DNA of 64,000 nt, from assembly GCF_041248615.1 (NCBI RefSeq), contig NZ_CP158426.1; one strand, written 5' to 3'. The notes below the pieces were generated by a model, which did not search any database, was not told the origin of the DNA, and saw only the letters and a program-made list of their open reading frames with translations. Positions 1 to 7,360 of this stretch are shown here, one piece after another. Within the stretch, counting starts at the first letter, position 1. Every line of letters starts with the position of its first letter. The stretch is from Escherichia coli. Lineage in GTDB: Bacteria > Pseudomonadota > Gammaproteobacteria > Enterobacterales > Enterobacteriaceae. The translations under genes and the position numbers were made by a program.

Positions 1-93
1 GCAGCAAATGCTTTTTTCATTGTGAAAAATTTCCATCTATAAGCCACCTCAATGTGGCGTCAATGAGTGTAGCACTGACTTTTGTTTCGTCCA

Positions 94-116
94 CAAAAAA
101 GCCCGCAGCGCGGGCT
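94..116 (-). terminator. Intrinsic terminator immediately after the 179-aa ORF stop
   Basis: GC stem agcccgc/gcgggct (100-116) with plus-strand A6 run at 94-99 (T-run on minus strand); overlaps stop codon 116-118. Confidence 0.55.
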
Positions 117-655
117 TACCAAAACTTGTACCACGGGGATTTATCCTTCAATGGACAATCCTTCCATCGTGTGGCCAACCATTCATATTCTTTAAAATAT
201 GTGTTTATGTTTTCTTTTTCTCTAATGGCTTGTATAAGAGGTAGCGCAATCTGATAGTTATTTACAACGGAGCTGTAAAATACTTCCTTAATCATGGTCT
301 CATCATAAGTTTTCCGCTTCACGCTCACAGCCATGCGTTCGTAGAAACCTAGACAGTAAATTATTTCTCTCTTCTCTGTCTTTTCTTCATCCGTAAGATC
401 AGCCTGCCCATTGCTTGGATACATATAAGAGCGGAATGATTTGTTCGATTCGTGAATGCGGCGCATAGTAGATAGGCCTTTCTTATAATCTACATCAAAC
501 CTGCTTTCACCAAGGAATACTGAAGTGTGTACTTTTCTCGCTGTATTTACATTATAAATAATAGTAGCGATAGCTATGAACAAGCCAAGCGAAACCGCGA
601 CTGCACTTACGATTTGAGCCACAGCCATGGCAAATTGCATTTCTTCACTTAACAC
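116..655 (-). CDS. Hypothetical membrane-anchored protein (prophage moron); no family assignable
   Basis: 179-aa ORF from GTG at 655 with GGAGA 7 nt upstream (alternative ATG at 640); single N-terminal hydrophobic helix AMAVAQIVSAVAVSLGLFIAIATIIY then charged soluble domain; AT-rich; own terminator. Confidence 0.55.
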   Translation of the reverse strand: MLSEEMQFAMAVAQIVSAVAVSLGLFIAIATIIYNVNTARKVHTSVFLGESRFDVDYKKGLSTMRRIHESNKSFRSYMYPSNGQADLTDEEKTEKREIIYCLGFYERMAVSVKRKTYDETMIKEVFYSSVVNNYQIALPLIQAIREKENINTYFKEYEWLATRWKDCPLKDKSPWYKFW

Positions 656-676
656 AAACTGTCTCCAGACATGAAA

Positions 677-696
677 ACGGGGCCTAATGGCCCCGT
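677..696 (-). promoter_or_regulatory. Perfect palindromic hairpin in the leader of the 179-aa gene (possible attenuator or stabilising stem)
   Basis: acggggcc-taat-ggccccgt, followed on minus strand by TTTC; preceded by a 10-codon mini-ORF with strong SD. Confidence 0.3.
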
Positions 697-840
697 CATT
701 AAACTATCCGAATGTTAAACGCCTTCGTACTCGTCAAATTTTCTCATGTGGGCTCCTCCTGTATCGGTGCCTAATCGCTATGGATCACCCGTGAGGTAAT
801 AGTAAGCTATTCACCTGCAATCTGTACAGAATTATTTAAA

Positions 841-856
841 GGCACATCCCTGTGCC
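841..856 (-). terminator. Putative terminator downstream of antirepressor gene
   Basis: Hairpin ggcaca-tccc-tgtgcc 10 nt after ant stop, followed on minus strand by TTTAAATAATT. Confidence 0.4.
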
Positions 857-865
857 GCCGCCCCG

Positions 866-1576
866 TCAGAAGAACCCTGCCTTGTCGTTGATGTATTCCG
901 CGTGAGTCTGGATATCACGCAGGCATTTGCTCACACCGACGATGTAGCAAAACATGGTGGTCAGCTCCGCCGCCGCGCCCGATACGTCGTGCCCGTCGTC
1001 CTGTAACTGGTTCAGCAGATTCATCAGCAGTGAGTTCTCCGTCAGGCCGAGAACACCAGACGGAGAATGAATCAGACTGCGGTAGCCGGGCTTCAGTGGG
1101 GCGCTGTAGGTTTTGTTCTCTATCTTCATTGCCTGCATCACTGCTGATGCTGTGGCGTTGGCTACCTGGTCGGCAACCATCTTTATGCGTTCTTCCTGCG
1201 GGAGCGAGTTTTTAATGTAACTTCCGGTGCGGCGGATCTGAGGAAGAACCTCACCTGTAACCCATTTACGAAAGCGGTAGGGGATAGTGCCTGGTGTCAC
1301 CGCATCGCGGCAGCGGAGGATCAGTGTGTAGAGGCCTGACTCGGAGATGATGTTGATCTCTTTTACTCGGCTGTCAAAAATCGCACGATGTTCATGCCCT
1401 ATGTTGAACATAGACCTTTCATCATCATCCAGTTTTTCAAGTGATTGGGTGACGTTTTGGATACGCAGCGCACTACAAACGTCTTGGGCTACAAACCATG
1501 GTTGGCCATCGATAATGATGGAACGGATAGGGTTAACAGATTCAAATTTGAAGATGGCAGTTTGAGCATTAGCCAT
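866..1576 (-). CDS. Phage antirepressor, Bro-N domain family
   Basis: N-terminal FKFESVNPIRSIIIDGQPWFVAQDVCSALRI matches Bro-N/KilA-N-type antirepressor signature; ATG at 1576 with GGAGAT SD (track ORF begins at upstream in-frame GTG 1591). Confidence 0.8.
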   Translation of the reverse strand: MANAQTAIFKFESVNPIRSIIIDGQPWFVAQDVCSALRIQNVTQSLEKLDDDERSMFNIGHEHRAIFDSRVKEINIISESGLYTLILRCRDAVTPGTIPYRFRKWVTGEVLPQIRRTGSYIKNSLPQEERIKMVADQVANATASAVMQAMKIENKTYSAPLKPGYRSLIHSPSGVLGLTENSLLMNLLNQLQDDGHDVSGAAAELTTMFCYIVGVSKCLRDIQTHAEYINDKAGFF

Positions 1577-1731
1577 GGTGGTTATCTCCACTTAGTGATT
1601 TTAATCACCACCGCAACGCCAATTACTGGTGGTGAACTGGACAAGGTTGGCGTACCGGCCTAAGTGGTACCGGCGTCCTTTCGGACCCCTGCCCAGCCCA
1701 CCATAATTCGGATATAGCTGTGCTTAACGCA

Positions 1732-1755
1732 TAAAAAAACCACGTCTGGCGTGGT
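1732..1755 (-). terminator. Putative intrinsic terminator between small paralog gene and ant
   Basis: Stem accacg-tctgg-cgtggt (1739-1755) with plus-strand A7 (T7 on minus strand) at 1733-1739. Confidence 0.45.
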
Positions 1756-1891
1756 ATGCGCCACTTAGTAACTCGGGACGCCAATCCCGGCACTGGATTT
1801 TGCCAGTGCCAGATTACTATGGCACAAGAGGAGTGCGATGTAAATTTACCGCAAAGGTAAATATAAGCACTCCAGTTGGTAATTGCAAACC

Positions 1892-2149
1892 TTATCTGGT
1901 TTGTTTTCGTAATTGTTCGGCACAATAGTCGAGATGTGTTTGCAGATCCCGCATAGACATCTGTGAGCTGGTGACGTAGTTAATCAGTGCAGTCAGTTCG
2001 GCAAGTGGGCCATCGACATTAAATCCATCCTTATCGAGATCCCGGAGTAATTTCATCAAGTGCGATCCCTCCACCAGTGACCTGACGCCTCCCGGCGTGT
2101 GAATCCTTTCGGTAAATCCGTCTTCCAGTGGATAGTGATACTGCTGCAT
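1892..2149 (-). CDS. Small hypothetical protein (86 aa), paralogous to C-terminal domain of the adjacent antirepressor
   Basis: ATG at 2149 with GGAGAAG SD; shared motifs with Ant C-terminus (IH-S/T-P-G-GV, LxExSxLMxLL, DGxxVxG, AELT, RD-I/L-QTH); longest ORF extends to 2272 but lacks RBS. Confidence 0.55.
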   Translation of the reverse strand: MQQYHYPLEDGFTERIHTPGGVRSLVEGSHLMKLLRDLDKDGFNVDGPLAELTALINYVTSSQMSMRDLQTHLDYCAEQLRKQTR

Positions 2150-2344
2150 CTTATCTTCTCCATGCAATAACTGTATATTTATACAGTAGCAAATAATTTG
2201 TTTGCTATCCAGCACGTTTTGCAAATCACCTGAAAGGTAATATCTATTCGTATTTACAGTCTTTCTATCCATATGTGGTTTTTCAGGTAATAGAATAACC
2301 AGATATGCGGCGCAACGGGTGCTGCGACTATCTGGAGATTTAAC

Positions 2345-4927
2345 ATGACGGTCTCAACCGAAGTTGACCACAACGAATACACCGGTAACGGAGTTACGAC
2401 ATCGTTTCCGTATACTTTCCGCATTTTCAAAAAATCCGACCTGGTTGTTCAGGTGTCTGACCTGAACGGGAACGTAACAGAATTGGTTCTGGATACCGGT
2501 TATACAGTAACTGGAGCTGGCACTTATAGTGGCGGTTCTGTGGTTCTTCCGTCTCCGCTTGCTACTGGATGGAGAATTACGATAGATCGTGTGCTTGATG
2601 TAGTACAGGAGACAGATCTTCGCAATCAGGGAAAGTTTTTTCCCGAAGTGCATGAAGATGCCTTTGACTACCTGACGATGCTGATCCAGCAATGTTTTGG
2701 GTGGTTCAGACGTGCATTGATGAAACCATCTTTGCTTGCAAAATATTACGATGCAAAGCAAAACAGAATTTCTAACCTTGCAGATCCATCACTTGAGCAG
2801 GACGCTGTAAATAATCGCTCAATGCGTAATTATGTCGATGCTGCAATCGCCGGAGTTGTTGGTGGTTTTGGTTGGTTTATTCAGTATGGTTCTGGGGCAG
2901 TATACAGAACGTTCCAGGATAAGATGCGTGACGTTTATAATGTTAAAGATTATGGGGCGAAAGGTGACAATATTAACGATGATACGCTAGCATTTATTGC
3001 AGCAGCAAATGCTCTCGGAGAGGGCGGAAAGTTATATATTCCAACAGGAACATACAATTTAACTGGTCCAGTTAATATACCACCAGTGAATATGTGCGGC
3101 GATGGGCAGGGTGAAACAGTTATTGTGTTTGACAATACCACATCACCAAAAGACGGCTTTGTTTTCGCTGCGCCAACTAAATATGATATTGAATTTGGTT
3201 TAAGTCACCTTACAGTTAAAAGAAAAGGCGGGAATGGAGCTAATGCTATATATACCCCAAGAGGTGTCGGGCTTAACCATCTAAGACCAAAACCAACATT
3301 TAGATTTTTATCTTTCTGTTCTGAAACTGCAAATATTGATTCTGATGAATTCGCTCAGAAATACGGCTGGGAATGGTCTTTTAACTGTGGTGATAGTTGG
3401 CAGTTCACAATCGAACGCATTGATGCTGTTGGATGTTATCAGATAGCCAAAAGTTATAATGAACAGTTCCTTGATGGATTCATTCGCACCGCTCCAGAAG
3501 AGGGGATTTTATCAATGCGTGTGAGTGATATCACAACGCATAATGTTGCAAATTTTTTTGAAATTAAGCAGAAGACATATTTTACATTGCTTAATATTGA
3601 TGCCGCCAAGGCATTACGAGGCATTTACGACGCTGATGATCGTATATTTGAAACGAATCGTTATGCTTATGGTGAATGTATATGCACAAATGTTGGTATT
3701 AATGCCCAACTTGAACCAGTACGGCTGGATAACAGATTCCTGCTCATCATGAATGGTATGTTTATTCACCGCGCAGCAAAAGGTTACGATCATGGTCTGG
3801 AATGGGTTGGTCTTAAGCTTAGTCGTGCTCGCGTGTGTTCATTCCAGGGAATTGAGATCGGCACTGCCAGAGGGTATTCAGGGACTAAGAAAGGGATTGT
3901 TCTTGACGCCGGTGATGCAAATAACTTTACCAATGTAACTTTTGGTTTGCTTGATGTGTGCGCACAGATTGGCGATTCCAATTCACAGTATGGTGCCAAC
4001 TTTGCAACATGCTTTAATAATGTGAGCATTAATGCTGACACCGTATTGTTATTCGATTTGCAGCTATGCAGAAATTTCCATTGTGATGGATACGGAGCAT
4101 CTTCTGCCTACACTCTTCAGCAATTCCATAGGAACAGTGATGACACAAGCAATACTTATACATTTAGTAATGTAGGTAAACACAATCTCTACACTGACAA
4201 CTCGCTGTACCTACATAATTCTGCTTCGCTGGAGAACGGGAAGAATATACGTATTGATACACGAAACGGATTATCTGTTAGCACTCAAGCAGATACTGGT
4301 TCCGCAGGAAATAACTTCCTTATAATTCGTAGGACTGGTGTTGATATAGACAGTTTTGAGTTAAGGACTCGCAGTACAGCAGGTGCATATACATATATTA
4401 ATACACCTGAAACTCATTTTTCTGGCCTTATAAAACCAACTGTTGATAATGTTAACTCAAACGGAACATCAGCATTTCGATGGTCACAGGTATACGCTGG
4501 TACTGGCAGTATCAACACGTCGAATGAAGAGCTGAAATTGCGTATTGAGGCTGACGAGAAAACAACAGAATCAGAGCGTCTTGCTGCGCTTGAAATAAAG
4601 GAAAATATCTGGAGGTTTAAATTTAAAGATGCAGTAAAGATCAAGAGTGATGGCGCTCGGATTCATTTCGGTGTTGGTGCACAAACTGTAGGTAATATTC
4701 TCAGAAAATACGGTCTTGACCCTAATAACTATGCGTTCTGGTGTTATGATGAATGGGATGATATTTATGCTCCAGAAGTATTGATTAGGAGTGTTAAAAA
4801 CAATGAAACAGGAGAGTGGTACGACGAGGAATATTACACAGGAAGGCAGATTATTATTAAACCTGCTGGCTATCAGTATGGTATCAGATACGAGGAACTT
4901 CTGATGTTTATTCTTATGTTTATTTAA
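2345..4927 (+). CDS. Phage tailspike: conserved N-terminal particle-binding domain, right-handed beta-helix (pectate-lyase-like) depolymerase domain, C-terminal peptidase-S74-type intramolecular chaperone domain
   Basis: 860 aa; ATG 2345 with GGAGA SD; N-terminus TGNGVTTSFPYTFRIFKKSDLVV typical of podoviral tailspike anchors; VKDYGAKGDNINDDTLAFIAAANA beta-helix entry motif; C-terminal S726-NEELK ... EIKENIWRF chaperone-like region. Confidence 0.85.
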   Translation: MTVSTEVDHNEYTGNGVTTSFPYTFRIFKKSDLVVQVSDLNGNVTELVLDTGYTVTGAGTYSGGSVVLPSPLATGWRITIDRVLDVVQETDLRNQGKFFPEVHEDAFDYLTMLIQQCFGWFRRALMKPSLLAKYYDAKQNRISNLADPSLEQDAVNNRSMRNYVDAAIAGVVGGFGWFIQYGSGAVYRTFQDKMRDVYNVKDYGAKGDNINDDTLAFIAAANALGEGGKLYIPTGTYNLTGPVNIPPVNMCGDGQGETVIVFDNTTSPKDGFVFAAPTKYDIEFGLSHLTVKRKGGNGANAIYTPRGVGLNHLRPKPTFRFLSFCSETANIDSDEFAQKYGWEWSFNCGDSWQFTIERIDAVGCYQIAKSYNEQFLDGFIRTAPEEGILSMRVSDITTHNVANFFEIKQKTYFTLLNIDAAKALRGIYDADDRIFETNRYAYGECICTNVGINAQLEPVRLDNRFLLIMNGMFIHRAAKGYDHGLEWVGLKLSRARVCSFQGIEIGTARGYSGTKKGIVLDAGDANNFTNVTFGLLDVCAQIGDSNSQYGANFATCFNNVSINADTVLLFDLQLCRNFHCDGYGASSAYTLQQFHRNSDDTSNTYTFSNVGKHNLYTDNSLYLHNSASLENGKNIRIDTRNGLSVSTQADTGSAGNNFLIIRRTGVDIDSFELRTRSTAGAYTYINTPETHFSGLIKPTVDNVNSNGTSAFRWSQVYAGTGSINTSNEELKLRIEADEKTTESERLAALEIKENIWRFKFKDAVKIKSDGARIHFGVGAQTVGNILRKYGLDPNNYAFWCYDEWDDIYAPEVLIRSVKNNETGEWYDEEYYTGRQIIIKPAGYQYGIRYEELLMFILMFI

Positions 4928-4930
4928 AAT

Positions 4931-4950
4931 ATAGCGCAGGGATGCGCTAT
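4931..4950 (+). terminator. Putative terminator after tailspike gene
   Basis: Hairpin atagcgca-ggga-tgcgctat 4 nt after stop; T-rich tail is weak. Confidence 0.4.
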
Positions 4951-5343
4951 TCAACTATTTTATAAAATTAATAACTATTCATGCGATATAATGTGGCCTC
5001 TTTTATCTTTGCAGAATTAAAAACTATAGAAAATATTTTGTATTATTATAAATGCTTCTGGATCATATTAATCAGTTTGCCATCTATTAGAACTTTGATT
5101 ATTGATGCATCAATTATTTAACATAGTGGTTGTGCGCAACTCCACTAACGATTGAATATAGATTGTTATTTTTGTTTACACTGTCACACAAGAACATCCT
5201 TACCTGTCAATCAACATTATTATTTTTTGATTCCATGATGTTGATTTGTGATGTAAAAAAATACATATTAAACCATATATGGATTGTAATTCGTGGTTAC
5301 AATTCTTGTTGTTTTTTTATGGTGAGATAAAAAAGGTGTTTTA

Positions 5344-5745
5344 ATGTCATTTCAATTAACAGGAGAGTCAATAAATCAATGGCTTAGCCTTGGTTCTCTA
5401 GCAGCGGTGATAGCAGGAGTGCCTCCAGAAGTAGCTCTTGGGTCTTTGTCAGGAGCGGTAATTTTTGTTACCTCTGCTGTAGAGTATCCTGTTCGTCGTC
5501 GTGTACTCTTGTCGATACTCAGCTTTCTTTGTGGTCTTCTCTTTTACAAACCAACTGCATCAATTCTTATAGGCATAGCCAGTCTAATTCCTACCATTAC
5601 TCAGGACTCTTTCGAGAAAGGGATTGTTTTCTCTGCTGGCGCATTTGTGTCAGCAATAGTCGCAGTGCGAATTGGCATCTGGCTCTATCACCATTCCGAT
5701 AATCCACGCGAGTTAATTCCTGGGAGAAAAGACGATGGTAACTAA
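5344..5745 (+). CDS. Holin-like membrane protein (3-4 predicted TM helices)
   Basis: 133 aa, several hydrophobic helices, charged C-terminus; first gene of lysis cassette upstream of endolysin. Confidence 0.5.
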   Translation: MSFQLTGESINQWLSLGSLAAVIAGVPPEVALGSLSGAVIFVTSAVEYPVRRRVLLSILSFLCGLLFYKPTASILIGIASLIPTITQDSFEKGIVFSAGAFVSAIVAVRIGIWLYHHSDNPRELIPGRKDDGN

Positions 5746-6043
5746 TGAGCTTGTTTTGCTTATCACCAATGCAGTTATTTGTACTGGCATAGCAATTCGC
5801 GTTGTCACATTCCGGCGTAACGGCTCTCAACACCGAAGGTTGGGAGGCTGGCTTGCTTATTTCCTGATTGTTGCTGCAGCTAGTATTCCTGTTCGTGTCG
5901 TCTATGCAATCTGGTTACGTACGCCAATGGCTGTGGATTTATCTGAGGTCATTATCAACGCTGTCATGCTTGCAGCGGTTATTAAAACGCGCGGTAACGT
6001 CGTGCAGATTTTTAAAATAACGAGGTCTAAACATGGAGATTAA
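5735..6043 (+). CDS. Holin/antiholin-like membrane protein
   Basis: 102 aa, three hydrophobic segments and basic C-terminal tail [19 protein letters not shown]; GGGAGA SD; overlaps the previous and next genes. Confidence 0.5.
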   Translation: MVTNELVLLITNAVICTGIAIRVVTFRRNGSQHRRLGGWLAYFLIVAAASIPVRVVYAIWLRTPMAVDLSEVIINAVMLAAVIKTRGNVVQIFKITRSKHGD

Positions 6044-6662
6044 ACAATTCCAGCGAGCTGCTGGTATTAGCGAGGCGCTGGCCGCACGCTGGTTCTCGCA
6101 TATAACTTCTGCGATGAAAGAGTTTGGTATCAGCAAAACCGAAGATCAGGCAATGTTTATTGCTCAGGTCGGGCATGAGTCTGGTGGTTTCACCAGGTTG
6201 CAGGAGAATTTCAACTACAGTGTCAGCGGTCTAGCTAACTTCGTTCGGGCTGGGCGTCTCACTCAGGGGCAGGCTAATGCACTTGGTCGCCGTGCTGGTG
6301 AACCACCATTGCCACTTGAGCGCCAGCGCGCGATCGCAAATCTGGTATACAGCAAACGCATGGGTAACAATGCTCCCGGCGATGGCTGGAATTACCGTGG
6401 GCGCGGGCTTATCCAGATTACCGGTTTGAATAACTATCGTGACTGCGGAAACGGCCTAAAAGTGGACCTGCTGGAGAATCCTGAGCTGTTGACGCAGGGC
6501 GAATACGCGGCTCGTAGCGCGGCGTGGTTCTTCTCCAGCAAAGGCTGCATGAAGTATACCGGCGATATTGCACGTGTAACTTTGATTATCAATGGTGGCA
6601 GGAACGGCATCGACGACCGGAGAGCGCGGTACATCACTGCCAGTAAGGTGCTGGCGGTATGA
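6033..6662 (+). CDS. Endolysin, glycoside hydrolase family 19 (chitinase-like lysozyme)
   Basis: 209 aa; motifs [10 protein letters not shown] and [16 protein letters not shown] resemble GH19 phage endolysins; lies between holin-like genes and Rz. Confidence 0.75.
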   Translation: MEIKQFQRAAGISEALAARWFSHITSAMKEFGISKTEDQAMFIAQVGHESGGFTRLQENFNYSVSGLANFVRAGRLTQGQANALGRRAGEPPLPLERQRAIANLVYSKRMGNNAPGDGWNYRGRGLIQITGLNNYRDCGNGLKVDLLENPELLTQGEYAARSAAWFFSSKGCMKYTGDIARVTLIINGGRNGIDDRRARYITASKVLAV

Positions 6663-7141
6663 TCTGGGCATTCGTAAAAGCATACTGGAAACAGTTGCTT
6701 ATCGTGGCGGTGCTTGCTGTTCTGGTCATATCAGGAGTTGTTGCCTGGAATGTACACGGTAGCCGTCAGTACGACGCCGGGTATGCACAGGCGAAGGAAG
6801 ACCGCAAAGCTGAAGATGAGAGAGTTCGTCAGCACTACGAACAGGAGAAAGCGACCAATGAACGTGAAGCTCAGCAGAGGATCGACCAGGCGCGCAATGA
6901 TGCTCTTGATGCTGCCGCTCGCGCTGGCCGGTTGCAGCAACAACTCTTTGCCATCCGTGAGCAGCTCAGGCAGTATAACGCCATTGTCGGCGCTGGGACA
7001 TCAGCCGCAGACACCGGAGTTTTGCTTGCCGACGTGCTCAGCAAATCTCTCGAGAGAAACAGACAACTGGCAGAGTATGCTGACCGGGCAGCCGAAGCCG
7101 GAAGAGTCTGCGAAAAACAGTACGACACTCTGACCAGATAG
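6659..7141 (+). CDS. Rz-like inner-membrane spanin (i-spanin)
   Basis: 160 aa; N-terminal TM helix then Gln/Arg/Ala-rich predicted coiled coil; start ATG overlaps endolysin stop (ATGA). Confidence 0.7.
   Translation: MIWAFVKAYWKQLLIVAVLAVLVISGVVAWNVHGSRQYDAGYAQAKEDRKAEDERVRQHYEQEKATNEREAQQRIDQARNDALDAAARAGRLQQQLFAIREQLRQYNAIVGAGTSAADTGVLLADVLSKSLERNRQLAEYADRAAEAGRVCEKQYDTLTR
6858..7133 (+). CDS. Rz1-like outer-membrane lipoprotein spanin (o-spanin), embedded in +1 frame of Rz
   Basis: ATG 6858 with AGGAGAAAG SD; lipoprotein signal [26 protein letters not shown] (lipobox LAGC); fully contained within Rz. Confidence 0.6.
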   Translation: MNVKLSRGSTRRAMMLLMLPLALAGCSNNSLPSVSSSGSITPLSALGHQPQTPEFCLPTCSANLSRETDNWQSMLTGQPKPEESAKNSTTL

Positions 7142-7251
7142 CATGGCATTTTTCATGGTACTGATTTCCGGTGACGGTATATAAAACGGTACTAGAAAAA
7201 TGAAGTTTTGGAAAAATGTTATCACTCAATTTGTTATGATTGTCGTAAATA

Positions 7252-7266
7252 ATTGAGTGGGAATGA
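7252..7266 (+). other. guaA: Candidate attR core / terminal codons of guaA (IEWE-stop)
   Basis: att gag tgg gaa tga reads I-E-W-E-stop, which I recall as the GuaA C-terminus; upstream frame is broken by stops, so only the last codons are host-like here. Confidence 0.4.
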
Positions 7267-7296
7267 TTTTGATCCCTGCACTATGAATGAACAAAA

Positions 7297-7322
7297 CCCT
7301 CTGTTACTACAGAGGGTTTTTT
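7297..7322. terminator. Bidirectional intrinsic terminator between prophage end/guaA remnant and yfgI
   Basis: ccctctgt-tact-acagaggg stem with A4 upstream and T6 downstream. Confidence 0.6.
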
Positions 7323-7360
7323 ATCTTCAAGAATTATAGGCTTGAAGTTACTTACATCGA

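Larger units (their letters stand above)
1..7251. mobile_element. Partial prophage, right arm (podovirus-like, epsilon15/phiV10-type gene content); left part outside window; right boundary approximate
   Basis: Contiguous phage-type genes (Bro-N antirepressor, tailspike, holin-like, GH19-type endolysin, Rz/Rz1) in visibly AT-richer DNA, replaced at about 7.3 kb by conserved core genes; guaA terminal codons recognisable at 7252-7266. Confidence 0.7.

Noticed and set aside
1-20. Possible start of a minus-strand gene (revcomp reads ATG AAA AAA GCA TTT GCT ...) running out of the window
   Set aside because: Only about 6 codons are visible; cannot be supported from this window.
1623-1925. 100-aa ORF on minus strand between ant and the small paralog gene
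   Set aside because: Trp/Cys/Arg-rich low-complexity translation, no SD, overlaps hairpin-rich spacer; treated as non-coding.
5130-5330. 66-aa ORF in the AT-rich gap before the lysis cassette
   Set aside because: Phe/Leu/Ile-rich translation typical of AT-rich non-coding DNA; no RBS.
6714-6857. Upstream extension of the Rz1 reading frame in the ORF track
   Set aside because: No signal peptide or SD at 6714; the lipoprotein signal and strong SD begin at 6858.
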